64,000 nucleotides of DNA from an uncultured Candidatus Melainabacteria bacterium (GTDB lineage: Bacteria > Cyanobacteriota > Vampirovibrionia > Gastranaerophilales > Gastranaerophilaceae): NCBI GenBank assembly GCA_949741915.1, contig CATJOM010000054.1, positions 50,100 through 114,099 of the forward strand. The letters are read 5' to 3'. The position numbers and the translations under genes were made by a program. The first letter of the stretch is position 1, and each line of letters starts with the position of its first letter. Under the pieces are notes generated by a model. It was given only the letters and a program-made list of their open reading frames with translations. It was not told the DNA's origin and searched no databases. Shown here one piece after another: positions 16,409 to 27,971 of this stretch.

Positions 16409-18058
16409 TTATAGATTTGCTTGTTTAACAACGTTTTCAAGAGCTTCAAGAGCATCAGCAGGAAGCTTGTCTATGCCAGCTTTTTCGGTTTCTCTTGATT
16501 TAACAAATTCGATTCTATCCTGCATACGTTTAACAAACTGCTCTTTATATTCTGCATTTTTGAAGCTTGCATCAAAGCCTTCAACATCCATAATTTCAAT
16601 GTCATTAAAGCCTTCCCATTTGTGGAATTTGGCTGTGCCTTCAACAATGGCTTCAATAACACCCAGAGTGTGTTTAGGTTGAACTTTTGTGCCCATAAAT
16701 TCGCCAGTATTCAGGATGTAGCAATCAACGCCATCTTCGATTAGTTGTTTGAATCTTGTGTAATCCATTTCAAGAGGATAAACTCTGAATGGGTTAGCAT
16801 AAGGCTCTACAACCAATGCGTTTGGGTCAACGCCTTTTGCCAATCTTTCAGCTGAAGATCTTTTTGTTGCAAGGGTTGCACCCATAGCAGAACCCAATGA
16901 AGCGCCTGAAAGCTTTAATACAGGAGGAATTGTGGGGTCTTTCATTAACCAGAAGATAGCGTTAATTGGCTCGTTAATTCTATCAACCCTGTTTGGAGAC
17001 CATAATTTTGATTTAACAGCACGGCCGTTACCATTTCTTATGTCTTCGGTGATTGAATACAATTTACCATCTGCACCAGCGATAACGCCTGCGTTCTGCT
17101 GGGTTAAAATGTATTTGTTGTCATCGCAATTCATCGGGTAGTCAGCTGTTTTGTCAAAATATGCTGGTTCTAATGCGATTGTATATTTATCATGAACGTT
17201 AATAATAAATGCATCATCATGAAGAACAGTGATATCGTATTTATTATTGTGTTTTGCGTGGGTAATTGTTGATTTGCCTGAGCCTGATAAGCCAAATACT
17301 GCAACCTGGAATGATTTGTTGTTTTCAAGGTTGTATCTTTTCATACCACCATGGCATGAAGCGTAGCCATTTCTTGCAGCTGCACCCCAGGCAAGGGTTA
17401 AAGTACCTTTTTTGTGTTCGCCAAAGTATCTCATACCAAGAATGGCTGCACAGTTATGAACAGGATCAAAGAAAGTTAAACCATATGGGAAATCAGGGTG
17501 TGTCCAATCTGGATCTGAGAAGATAAAGAGGTCGCCTTCAGCGATTTCTCTAGAGTTTGAGTACATATTTGAGTAGCATTCATTGATATACTGGAAGTTT
17601 AACATCCAAGAATACATGATATTTTCAAAGCCTTCGGGAATTAAAAGGTGTGCTTTTACCATGAAATCTTCTTCAAGGCCTACTACAACTTCGGTTTTAT
17701 ACATTAATCTGTCACGTGTGCCATAAACTGCTTCACGGATTATTGGAAGAAGGTATCCAAGGTCGCATCCTGGCTCGCCAACGATTTTTCTTGCAGCAGC
17801 GCAACGGCCAACAACAGTACCATCATTGAATAATAATTGGTTTGCACCTTTTGGAAGACCGATTTTTTCGGGCTCATATACTGGCATACCAGTTAACTCA
17901 ACTGTTCCTGGGCTGTTTAGTGCAAGTTTATAAGCTTCTGAAACAGACTGTACGAATTCAACATTGTTGCCGTAGAATGGAGCAGTGATTGTTGCACGTG
18001 CAGCTGAATAAAGCTTTTTAAGCTCTTCTGAATTTGTAAAAAATTCTACTGTTGACAT
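16409..18058 (-). CDS. pckA: Phosphoenolpyruvate carboxykinase (ATP)
   Basis: 549 aa. Kinase-1a motif 'FGLSGSGKSTITH' and the overall PEPCK-ATP layout. Confidence 0.9.
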   Translation of the reverse strand: MSTVEFFTNSEELKKLYSAARATITAPFYGNNVEFVQSVSEAYKLALNSPGTVELTGMPVYEPEKIGLPKGANQLLFNDGTVVGRCAAARKIVGEPGCDLGYLLPIIREAVYGTRDRLMYKTEVVVGLEEDFMVKAHLLIPEGFENIMYSWMLNFQYINECYSNMYSNSREIAEGDLFIFSDPDWTHPDFPYGLTFFDPVHNCAAILGMRYFGEHKKGTLTLAWGAAARNGYASCHGGMKRYNLENNKSFQVAVFGLSGSGKSTITHAKHNNKYDITVLHDDAFIINVHDKYTIALEPAYFDKTADYPMNCDDNKYILTQQNAGVIAGADGKLYSITEDIRNGNGRAVKSKLWSPNRVDRINEPINAIFWLMKDPTIPPVLKLSGASLGSAMGATLATKRSSAERLAKGVDPNALVVEPYANPFRVYPLEMDYTRFKQLIEDGVDCYILNTGEFMGTKVQPKHTLGVIEAIVEGTAKFHKWEGFNDIEIMDVEGFDASFKNAEYKEQFVKRMQDRIEFVKSRETEKAGIDKLPADALEALENVVKQANL

Positions 18059-18173
18059 AAATAATATCTCCTTTTAATTGTACGAAATACGCTCAATCGT
18101 CTATCATAGATATTAGCATAAAAACTTTTTTTGTGTTAATATCCTTATTAAAATTAAAATAGAAAGGTATTAA

Positions 18174-19448
<1,275 letters not shown>

Positions 19449-19476
19449 AAACTTTGTAGGAATTTCAAAATAAGTA

Positions 19477-19514
19477 AAACAGCCATAGAATTTTTCTTTT
19501 GGCTGTTTTTTTTT
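19477..19514 (+). terminator. Intrinsic terminator after ahcY
   Basis: Stem AAACAGCCA/TGGCTGTTT (9 bp), 14-nt loop, followed by a long T run. Confidence 0.6.
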
Positions 19515-19637
19515 GAATAATCCTTTTATGTCTGCCTGGTATTTTGTTCTTAGTTTTTTTCTTATGTGCGTTAATAAGCTATTTAAACTTTTGCTAATTA
19601 CTGTCTATCGCCTTAAATTCAGCAGTTGCAGTTTTGT

Positions 19638-20459
19638 TTAGCTGCACAGCAGATATTTTTCAAGTGAGGTTTCCCAGCTAGGAAGCGCGTTTAGACTATC
19701 TAAAACGCTATATTTAGGCCTTTTTGCAGGGCGTGGAAAATCGCTTTTTTCTATTGATGTAACATCTATATTTCTTTTTTTAATTTCAAATATTTTTCTT
19801 GTAAAATCAGACCATTTCGCTTCACCAGATGAAGCTATGTGATATGTGCCATATGGGCGTTTTTCGTTGATTATTTTGATAATTTCATTAGCTAAATCTT
19901 TTGTCCAGGTGGGGGCTAAAATTTGATCATCAACAACGCTTATAGTGTTACTTAGCATTGAAAAGGTTACCATTGTATCTACGTAATTCTTTCCACCCTT
20001 GCCATACAAGGTGCTTGTTCTTATTATATAGTGTTTTTTAGTGAGGCGTCTAATTTCTTCTTCACCCCTGAATTTTGAAAGTCCGTATATATTGATTGGG
20101 TTTGCTTTATCTGTTGTCTTGTATGGTGTATTTTTGTCACCGTCAAAAACAGAATCTGAACTTATATAAATTATTGGTACGTCGAGTTTTTTTGCTATTT
20201 TTGCCATATTTTTTGTACCAATATGATTTACTTCAAATGCTTGTTTTTTTGAAACTTCAGCCTGGTCAATATTTGTATATGCAGCAAGATGAATAATCAA
20301 ATCAAGGCTTACCTTTTCCATTATTTCATTAGCAAGTTTTTTGTTTGTAATATCAAAAATTTTACTGTTGGTGGCCCAAAACTGGTGCCCCTCTTTTTCT
20401 AGACACGGACATAATTCTTGTCCTAATAAACCGGATGCGCCGGTAACGAGTATCCTCAT
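19638..20459 (-). CDS. rfbD: dTDP-4-dehydrorhamnose reductase (RmlD family)
   Basis: 'MRILVTGASGLLGQEL' Rossmann N-terminus. About 273 aa, an RmlD-like size and layout. Confidence 0.7.
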   Translation of the reverse strand: MRILVTGASGLLGQELCPCLEKEGHQFWATNSKIFDITNKKLANEIMEKVSLDLIIHLAAYTNIDQAEVSKKQAFEVNHIGTKNMAKIAKKLDVPIIYISSDSVFDGDKNTPYKTTDKANPINIYGLSKFRGEEEIRRLTKKHYIIRTSTLYGKGGKNYVDTMVTFSMLSNTISVVDDQILAPTWTKDLANEIIKIINEKRPYGTYHIASSGEAKWSDFTRKIFEIKKRNIDVTSIEKSDFPRPAKRPKYSVLDSLNALPSWETSLEKYLLCS

Positions 20460-20574
20460 AAAATCGCCATTCCTAAACTATTTTTATTAAGCCTCCTTTG
20501 GGGAAATTTATTTCATTTAGGCTTAACTCTGTTTATTAACTCTTATATCAGGAAGTTATGGTAAAATCAATACT

Positions 20575-22425
20575 ATGAAAAAAATACTTTACATTATTGT
20601 TATATTAATTTTTGTAACGTTTATCCTAAAAGGTTGCCTAAAACAGGACAAGGGCTATGATGAGCCACCAAAATTTTCTAATGCAAGACCTTTAGACATT
20701 ATAGAATATGATTTTGAACCAGCGGAAACAAAAACAATTGACGGGGTAGACTACCTTGTGGCGCGCGGCAAAGTAGGCAAATACGGCGGTGATTTTGTGA
20801 CATCCACAATAGGGGAGGGGCCTAAAACCTTTAACCCCTTTAATACAAACGATGATACCTCTAGCCAGATGTCAGGGATTATGTATGATGGGCTATTAAC
20901 TACTGATGCATTTACAGGTGAGGTCACCCTTAAGATGGCAAAACGGCTTGAAATTTTGCCAGATAATATGACATACATTATTGAATTGAGACATGGGCTC
21001 AAATGGTCTGATGGTATGCCGATAACGGCTGATGATGTTGTATTTACTTATAACGATATTATTTTTGCAGGTTATGGTGTTACAAGTACCAGGGATGCAT
21101 TATATGTGGATGGCAAGCTTCCAACAGTTGAAAAAATAGATAAATATACTGTTAAATTTAAGACGCCTGTACCCTTTGCACCTTTTTTGAGAAACTTATC
21201 ACTTTCAATTGCACCTAAGCACATATTTAAACCCGCAGTTGACAAGGGAAAAGAGTATTTTAGAAGCTTTCAATCAACCACAACAAAACCTTCAGAATTT
21301 GTTGTTTCAGGCGCATTTAAATTAAAAGAATATATACCCGCTCAAAGAGCAGTCTATGAAAGAAATCCAAACTATTATATGATTGACAAAGCTGGTAATA
21401 AGCTGCCATACTTGGATAGATGGGTAATGCTTATTGTTGGCGATTTAAATAATGATATCCTGAAATTTGAAGCCGGAGAAACAGACACTACAACAATTCC
21501 TGGCACCATGGTTGCAAGATACAGAGAGCTTGAAAAAAATTCTGATTATACCCTCTATAACCTTGGCCCTACAACAAATACCTCATTTATTGTATTCAAT
21601 ATGAACACAAGAAAAAATAAAAACGGAAAATTCTATCTAGAGCCAAAAAAACAGATGTGGTTTTGTGATGAAAACTTTAGAAAAGCCATAGACTGGGCTA
21701 TAGACAGGGATAGCCTTGTTTTAAATGTCCTTTCAGGCGTTGGCCAACCATTATACACAGCCGAGAGTATTACAAGTATTTTCTTAAATGGGGACATTGC
21801 AAAAGGCCACCCGCAGGATATCGAGTATGCTAAAAAATTATTAGAGCAGTCAGGTTTCAAGCTGAAAGATGGCGTATTATATGACAAAAATGGCATACGT
21901 GTAGAGTTTGAATTGTCCACAAATGCAGGAAATACGCAAAGGGAAGCTACAGGAGTCAGCATCAAAGAGGATTTAGCCAAACTTGGCATAAAGGTAAACT
22001 TTAAACCAGTAGAATTTAATACGCTTGTGAACCGCCTGACAAATACCCTGGACTATGAGGCAATTATTATATCATTAACCGGAAACCCGCTAGAACCGCA
22101 TTCGGGCAATAATGTATGGCGCTCTGATGGTGCTTTGCACCTTTTTAATCAGAGAAGTGACGAGGATATAAAATCAACAGACAGAATTTTGCCCTTCGAA
22201 AAAGAGCTCGATAAAATTTTTGATGAAGCGAAAGTTCAAATAGATGTACAAAAAAGAAAAGAGCTGTATAATAAATATCAAGAGATAGTGGCTGAAAACA
22301 ATCCTGTAATATATCTTTACAGCCCTGTTAATATAATTGCTGTGAGAAATAAATTCAAAAATGTTTATCCTACACAATTAGGGGGATTAACGCATAATAT
22401 TGAGGAAATTTATATAGATAAATAA
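20575..22425 (+). CDS. ABC transporter substrate-binding lipoprotein, family 5 (peptide/nickel, OppA-like)
   Basis: Lipoprotein-type signal 'IVILIFVTFILKGC'. 616 aa with the SBP_bac_5 layout (…'NPNYY'…). Confidence 0.8.
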   Translation: MKKILYIIVILIFVTFILKGCLKQDKGYDEPPKFSNARPLDIIEYDFEPAETKTIDGVDYLVARGKVGKYGGDFVTSTIGEGPKTFNPFNTNDDTSSQMSGIMYDGLLTTDAFTGEVTLKMAKRLEILPDNMTYIIELRHGLKWSDGMPITADDVVFTYNDIIFAGYGVTSTRDALYVDGKLPTVEKIDKYTVKFKTPVPFAPFLRNLSLSIAPKHIFKPAVDKGKEYFRSFQSTTTKPSEFVVSGAFKLKEYIPAQRAVYERNPNYYMIDKAGNKLPYLDRWVMLIVGDLNNDILKFEAGETDTTTIPGTMVARYRELEKNSDYTLYNLGPTTNTSFIVFNMNTRKNKNGKFYLEPKKQMWFCDENFRKAIDWAIDRDSLVLNVLSGVGQPLYTAESITSIFLNGDIAKGHPQDIEYAKKLLEQSGFKLKDGVLYDKNGIRVEFELSTNAGNTQREATGVSIKEDLAKLGIKVNFKPVEFNTLVNRLTNTLDYEAIIISLTGNPLEPHSGNNVWRSDGALHLFNQRSDEDIKSTDRILPFEKELDKIFDEAKVQIDVQKRKELYNKYQEIVAENNPVIYLYSPVNIIAVRNKFKNVYPTQLGGLTHNIEEIYIDK

Positions 22426-22436
22426 GGATAAATGTG

Positions 22437-23162
22437 ATGTTTGAGAAGATTACAAAGATTCAATTAGTTTTGTTTGCACTAATTTTGGGCCTAAGCTTAA
22501 TAATTGGTGCTAAAACAATTTCAAATAATTTTTCTAAAGATGAAATCACCGTAACGGGCTCCGCGAGTGAGATTGTAACATCTGATTCTGGTGTATGGAG
22601 ATTTCAGATTAGAACCGATGGCTTAACAAGAAATGATGCCTATAAGGCGTTGACATCACAGAAGCCTGTGGTCCTTGAATTCTTAAAAAATAATGGTATT
22701 AAGGATACTGAAATAGAATTCTTGGGTATTAATAACTATGCCAGATATAAAACCGGTCCAAATGGTATTTCTACGCAGGAAATTAATGGTTACACCTATG
22801 AGCAGGTCGTAAAAATAAATACAAATGATGTACAACTGATTAAAAAGCTTCACCTTGAAATACCATCACTGGTTGAAAAAGGTATAGTGATTAATTCTTA
22901 TGAACCAAACTATATGTATTCAGGTCTAGCTGATAAAAAGGCCGAGCTATTGCAGAAAGCCACAGCGGATGCTAAATTCAGGGCGAAAGAAATGCTCAAA
23001 GCCACAAATAATCGTGTTGGCAGAATACGCACAGTGAAAATGGGTGTATTCCAGATAACTCCGCCTGATTCCAATGAAGTTTCAGACTGGGGTATTAATG
23101 ATACTTCATCAATTGAAAAGAAAATCACTGCCGTTTCAAATGTCGTTTTTGGCATAAAGTAG
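22437..23162 (+). CDS. SIMPL (DUF541) domain protein
   Basis: N-terminal TM, then 'ITVTGSASEIVTSD'. The size of about 240 aa is typical of the SIMPL/26-kDa periplasmic immunogenic protein family. ATG at 22437, one codon inside the GTG of the track ORF. Confidence 0.55.
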   Translation: MFEKITKIQLVLFALILGLSLIIGAKTISNNFSKDEITVTGSASEIVTSDSGVWRFQIRTDGLTRNDAYKALTSQKPVVLEFLKNNGIKDTEIEFLGINNYARYKTGPNGISTQEINGYTYEQVVKINTNDVQLIKKLHLEIPSLVEKGIVINSYEPNYMYSGLADKKAELLQKATADAKFRAKEMLKATNNRVGRIRTVKMGVFQITPPDSNEVSDWGINDTSSIEKKITAVSNVVFGIK

Positions 23163-23203
23163 CAGTTAGCAATATTTTCACGTAATGTAATTTATTTTGA
23201 TGC

Positions 23204-23232
23204 GAGAGCCCGGTTGATTCGGGCTCTCTTTT
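23204..23232 (+). terminator. Intrinsic terminator
   Basis: GC-rich stem GAGAGCCCG/CGGGCTCTC (9 bp), 7-nt loop, then TTTT. Confidence 0.75.
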
Positions 23233-23418
23233 GTTATTCAAGAAAAACCAATGCATGATTATATTCTAAAACTGTAATATAATGTACTATTCTCTGCCTT
23301 TTGCAAATTAAGCTGGACTGCAAGTTTTGTAAAATTTTGTAAAAATTGTATCAAATAAATTTTATCACATGCGTTGTAATTAAACGGCCGTAGAAATTTT
23401 CAACAATGTAGTACTAGT

Positions 23419-24237
23419 ATGATAATAAATTGCGCGACAAATTTCAATTATGCATATATTCACCATAATGATACAAAATTCAATAAAGTATCAACAGAAA
23501 ATCTTTCAGCTGTATCGTTTCAGAAAATGATGCAACCATCAACTAAGCAATATCTTTCATTTTTGGGTGGTTATAGCTTAAATCTGGCCGAAACACTGGC
23601 AAATCTTAATGATGAAGCATTTCCGCCGGATATAAAAGCAATGGCTGAAGAAATATTAGCCGATGGTAACCCTGAAGATAAAACCCTAATTAGTGTCCAT
23701 AAAGCAAAATACGATAAAATAAAAGAAATGAAATCTCTTAATGAAGTGCGGGAGGCGTTCCCCGAATTTCGAAATGTATTGTCAGAGTATGATGTTGATT
23801 ATAAAAAAAATTCATTCATCTATGATGTAAAAATGGGTAATTTAGAAAAATTTAATCCTGATATTGATGTGGCATTGCAGCTGCTTAAGCTATACTGGGC
23901 CGATTGCTGCTCTGTTACTAAGATGAAACAATATACTGGTAGAAATGCTAAGAATGTTCTTGAAAAATTTAATATTCCTTTGTTTAGCAATCAGTATGCA
24001 CGTGTATTGCAGCTGTCAGAAAAAAAATACAACAAACAAAATAAAGACACACATTCTGCAGCAATGAAACAAGCCTGGAAGGAGAAACAAACAGAACCAA
24101 TTATTCATATACCTTCGGATGAAACCAAGAGAAAGATTTCACATAGTGTAAAAGCCTATTATGCTAAACATCCTGGTCTTGGTGCTGAAAAAAATGCTAA
24201 AATGTTGGAGGCAAAGAAACTTAAAAGTAGAGTTTAG
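23419..24237 (+). CDS. Hypothetical protein with NUMOD3-like C-terminal motif(s)
   Basis: 272 aa. The C-terminal 'SDETKRKISHSVKAYYAKHP', preceded by 'HSAAMKQAWKEK', resembles the NUMOD3 DNA-binding motif (hSeEtkkKIS). No other domain recognised. Confidence 0.35.
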   Translation: MIINCATNFNYAYIHHNDTKFNKVSTENLSAVSFQKMMQPSTKQYLSFLGGYSLNLAETLANLNDEAFPPDIKAMAEEILADGNPEDKTLISVHKAKYDKIKEMKSLNEVREAFPEFRNVLSEYDVDYKKNSFIYDVKMGNLEKFNPDIDVALQLLKLYWADCCSVTKMKQYTGRNAKNVLEKFNIPLFSNQYARVLQLSEKKYNKQNKDTHSAAMKQAWKEKQTEPIIHIPSDETKRKISHSVKAYYAKHPGLGAEKNAKMLEAKKLKSRV

Positions 24238-24242
24238 TTGCT

Positions 24243-25238
24243 CTATAAATTCCTTATAATTTCATCACTGAACTCTATTGTGGTAGAACTTCCGCCAAGG
24301 TCTCTTGTTAAAATTCTGCCTTCTTTGATTGTTTTAAACAGTGCTTTTTCAAGATTTTTAGCTGCTTCTAATTCATCAATGTTTTTCAACATTTCAATTG
24401 CGCACATTAAAAGTGCAGAAGGGTTTGCAAGGTTTTGGCCTTTAATATCAGGTGCAGAGCCATGAACAGGCTCATATACACTGGCTTCAAGACCGATATT
24501 AGCCCCCTGTGCTACACCAAGGCCCCCAATAAGCCCTGCAGTGAGGTCTGAAACAATATCGCCATATAAATTTGGCAAAACAAGAACATCGAATTTTGAT
24601 GGATTCTGCACAAGCTGCATACATAAAGCATCTACAAGGATTTCTTTATATTCTATATTGGGGTATTTTTTAGAGACCTCGCGGGCGCATTCTAAAAACA
24701 GACCGTCTGTAAGTTTGCATATATTTGCTTTTGAAACTGCCCAAACTGTTTTCCTATTCATCTTCTTTGCATAATTAAATGCATATTCTGCAATTCTTGT
24801 TGATGCCTTTCTTGTAATTAATTTGATACCTTCTGCTGTGTCATCATCAACCTTTCTTTCAATGCCTGTATATAAATCTTCTGTATTTTCCCTTATTACG
24901 ACTAAGTCAACATCGTTAAAGGGTGTTTTGATGCCATCTATATTCTTGCATGGACGCACATTTGCATATAAATCAAGCTCGCGCCTTAGCTGCACATTAA
25001 CGGATCTAAACCCCTTACCTATGGGTGTCGTAACAGGAGCTTTTAGGGCTATTTTATTTTTTTTAATGCTTTCTATAACGCGGTCTGGAAGCGGAATGCC
25101 TTCTTTTTCAATAACATCAAGGCCTGCACTTTGTCTATCCCAATTGATTTTAACACCTGCTGCATCAATTATTTTTACTACAGCATCAGCTATTTCAGGA
25201 CCAATTCCATCACCTTCTATAAGTGTTATATTATGCAT
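24243..25238 (-). CDS. NAD-dependent isocitrate/homoisocitrate dehydrogenase family protein (beta-decarboxylating dehydrogenase)
   Basis: 'LIEGDGIGPEI', 'KAPVTTPIGKGFRSVNVQLRRELDLYANVRP', 'VIRENTEDLY', 'NLYGDIVSDL', 'EPVHGSAPDI'. Start moved to the ATG at 25238 (GAGGT RBS). Confidence 0.8.
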   Translation of the reverse strand: MHNITLIEGDGIGPEIADAVVKIIDAAGVKINWDRQSAGLDVIEKEGIPLPDRVIESIKKNKIALKAPVTTPIGKGFRSVNVQLRRELDLYANVRPCKNIDGIKTPFNDVDLVVIRENTEDLYTGIERKVDDDTAEGIKLITRKASTRIAEYAFNYAKKMNRKTVWAVSKANICKLTDGLFLECAREVSKKYPNIEYKEILVDALCMQLVQNPSKFDVLVLPNLYGDIVSDLTAGLIGGLGVAQGANIGLEASVYEPVHGSAPDIKGQNLANPSALLMCAIEMLKNIDELEAAKNLEKALFKTIKEGRILTRDLGGSSTTIEFSDEIIRNL

Positions 25239-25343
25239 ATTTTTACCTCTAACTTTATTATATTCCATATTTGGAATACATCCTTAACCCTTGCCAATAT
25301 TGATTGTTACTCGCATTGCTTGCTTTAAGAGACAAGTAACATC

Positions 25344-25847
25344 TTAGACTAAACTAAAATCCCCATGTTTTTTAAGGTGTTCAATAAGCCCGCCGTCATT
25401 CAATAATTTAATCATAACATCGGGCAGTGGTGTAATTTTTATTTCAATATTTTTTGTTACGTCCTTTAATATGCCATTTTTGACATCTAATTCTAGTTCA
25501 TCTCCTGCATCAATTTTGTCGGTATCACACTCAATTAACAATAAGCCGATATTGATTGCATTCCTGTAGAAAATTCTTGCAAAGCTTTTTGCAATAACCG
25601 CCCCAACTCCTGCAATCTTTATTATCTGGGGAGCATGCTCTCTTGAAGAGCCTAAACCAAAGTTATTTCCTGCAACGACAAAATCTCCCTTTTGCATCTT
25701 GCTTGCAAATTCAGGGTCCGCATCCTCTAGGACGTGTTTTGAAAATTCTTCCAGATTACTCCTTAGATGAAATAATCTGCCTGGTGCAATGTGGTCGGTT
25801 GATATACCGTCGCCAAATTTAAACGCTTTGCCTTTTTTAATTTCCAT
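25344..25847 (-). CDS. Aconitase-family dehydratase small subunit (LeuD/HacB type)
   Basis: 'FGDGISTDHIAPGR...VVAGNNFGLGSSREHAPQIIK..GVGAVIAKSFARIFYRNAIN' is the swivel-domain signature. Confidence 0.8.
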   Translation of the reverse strand: MEIKKGKAFKFGDGISTDHIAPGRLFHLRSNLEEFSKHVLEDADPEFASKMQKGDFVVAGNNFGLGSSREHAPQIIKIAGVGAVIAKSFARIFYRNAINIGLLLIECDTDKIDAGDELELDVKNGILKDVTKNIEIKITPLPDVMIKLLNDGGLIEHLKKHGDFSLV

Positions 25848-25909
25848 AAAGTAAAACCCTTAATTCTCTTTTTGTCTAAAATTCTTTTGTTTCAATTATA
25901 ATATAAACT

Positions 25910-26737
25910 ATGGAAAATAGAAATTTAAAAATAGGCGTTGTCGGTTTGGGTTTGATTGGCGGCTCTATCTTAAAATCTCTTAACAATCTTGGGTATTTTG
26001 TTGTCGGGGTTTCAAAAAGCAGTCATATGGAAGCACAAAATTTCTGTTCTCTTGCAAGTGTTGATGTTAAGGATATTGACGATTGTGATGTTGTTTTTGT
26101 GTGCTCTAAAATGTCTGAAACGCTCGATATTCTTGATAAGCTTGAAAATATTGTAAAGCCTGGATGCATTGTCACTGACGTTTGCTCCCTAAAAAGGTTT
26201 GTTAATAATAAAAAACGCTCGTATGACTTTGTGGGGTCGCATCCTATGGCAGGAACAGAATTTTCCGGATTTGAGCACTCGTTTGCCGAATTATTCTTTG
26301 GTGCAAAATGGATTTTAAATAAGCCTAATGATATTTTACAAAAATTAATAAAGGAAATGGGTTCAAAGCCTGTTATTATGGATGAACATTCGCATGACAA
26401 AGCTGCTTGCCTTGTTTCCCATCTTCCAATGCTTATTTCATGTGCACTTTTTAATACAGTTTTAAAAGATAATAAAGTTGCCCTAAAGATAGCTTCATCG
26501 GGTTTCCGTGATACAACAAGACTTGCTCTCACAAATGCATCTCTTGCTCTTGATATGCTTGAATTAAACTCTGATAATTTTGATATTTTTATAGATGACT
26601 TTATTCAAAATTTGAAAAAATTAAAGAATATGCCAAAAGCGGAATTTATTCAAACTCTTAATTCCATCCAAAAAATAAGAAGTCAAATGTATGATAATGA
26701 CGGTAAGAACAGGCTTTCATATGAAGAAGAAATTTGA
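25910..26737 (+). CDS. tyrA: Prephenate/arogenate dehydrogenase
   Basis: 'IGVVGLGLIGGSI' Rossmann N-terminus, 'VGSHPMAGTE' catalytic motif. 275 aa. Confidence 0.75.
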   Translation: MENRNLKIGVVGLGLIGGSILKSLNNLGYFVVGVSKSSHMEAQNFCSLASVDVKDIDDCDVVFVCSKMSETLDILDKLENIVKPGCIVTDVCSLKRFVNNKKRSYDFVGSHPMAGTEFSGFEHSFAELFFGAKWILNKPNDILQKLIKEMGSKPVIMDEHSHDKAACLVSHLPMLISCALFNTVLKDNKVALKIASSGFRDTTRLALTNASLALDMLELNSDNFDIFIDDFIQNLKKLKNMPKAEFIQTLNSIQKIRSQMYDNDGKNRLSYEEEI

Positions 26738-26780
26738 AAAATACAAAAGATACCTGAAAATAAAATATGCCTCTTTTAGT

Positions 26781-27878
26781 ATGCTTGATAAGTATATCCT
26801 AAGACAGCTGTTAGAGATTTTTATCCTTGGTGTGATTATTTTCACATCAATCATTTTTGCATCTGAAACCTTTACTCAGCTAATAAAACAAATCACGCAG
26901 TTTGGTATTCCTTTTAACATAGCAATAATGATGGTTGTGCTTAATTTGCCGCAGGTTTTTGTAATGACAATACCTATTTCTACCCTTTTTGCTACTGTAA
27001 TGACCGTAAACAGGCTCAGCCTTAATTCAGAAATTACTGTTTTAAGAGCTTGCGGTATAGGCATTTCAAGGATTGCGAGGCCGATTTTTGCCTTTGCAAT
27101 CTTTATGACAATAATAAGTTTTTTAATAAACGAATTCATAGTTCCTGCAACAAGTAATCAAGCAAAATATCTTGCAGTGTATTCTCTTCAAAGAAAACAT
27201 GTTCCTGATGGAAGAATGAATTTTACCCTGAATGAAAATGATAAGGAAGGAAGATTAAAGAGACTTTTTTATGTGCAAAAATGTGAGGATAAAACTCTTA
27301 ACAATGTGACGGTTGTAGATTTATCAAACGAGAATACCGTGCAGATTATCCAGGCAAAGGTGGGCAAAACCGCGGATTCTGGCTGGATTTTTGATGGCGG
27401 CGTAATTTATACTTTGTCCTCAACAGAAAAAGTTTTGAATACGACGCTTTTTGAAAGTTCCACAATTAATTTTGGCCTTGAAAATATGGAAAGCTTTGTT
27501 AAAGAAAGTGCAAGCCAGTATAATTTCTTTAAATTGATGAAATATATAAGAAAGAACAGAAAGAACCCTGATTTTATTGAGAAATTAAAGCTTGAATACC
27601 AGGTGCAGCTTCACGATAAAATTGCCTTGCCTGCAACTACCTTCGCACTAGCACTTGTTGGCATTCCTCTTGCGATAACTCCTCCAAGGGTAAGGTACAA
27701 CCGAGGATTTCTATTCAGCGTGATGATTATATTTGTCTATTATGTAATAAGGGCGTTTTCTTTGAATCTCGGGGAAACAAAAGCCATAAGCCCATTTTTT
27801 GCAGCCTGGCTTCCTGTAATTTCAATTGCAATTATAGGCTGGATTTTATATTATAAAAAAGCCCATACCATAAGCTGA
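26781..27878 (+). CDS. LptF/LptG-family lipopolysaccharide export permease
   Basis: 'MLDKYILRQLLEIFILGVIIF' is the typical YjgP/YjgQ N-terminus, with multiple TM segments. The start is uncertain: the ORF also opens at 26691 and 26721. Confidence 0.7.
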   Translation: MLDKYILRQLLEIFILGVIIFTSIIFASETFTQLIKQITQFGIPFNIAIMMVVLNLPQVFVMTIPISTLFATVMTVNRLSLNSEITVLRACGIGISRIARPIFAFAIFMTIISFLINEFIVPATSNQAKYLAVYSLQRKHVPDGRMNFTLNENDKEGRLKRLFYVQKCEDKTLNNVTVVDLSNENTVQIIQAKVGKTADSGWIFDGGVIYTLSSTEKVLNTTLFESSTINFGLENMESFVKESASQYNFFKLMKYIRKNRKNPDFIEKLKLEYQVQLHDKIALPATTFALALVGIPLAITPPRVRYNRGFLFSVMIIFVYYVIRAFSLNLGETKAISPFFAAWLPVISIAIIGWILYYKKAHTIS

Positions 27879-27971
27879 TTGCACCTTGTGGTAAAATCAG
27901 CGCAGCATAGGCTTTTTAATTTTAATTTCTTAATAAAACTGTCTTAAAATGAATGCTTACAGGTAACGTTT

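Noticed and set aside
26023-26532. 169-aa minus-strand ORF inside tyrA, and the similar 24823..25287 and 55131..55598 ORFs inside the dehydrogenase and panB
   Set aside because: All are antisense to well-supported genes. None shows a recognisable motif.
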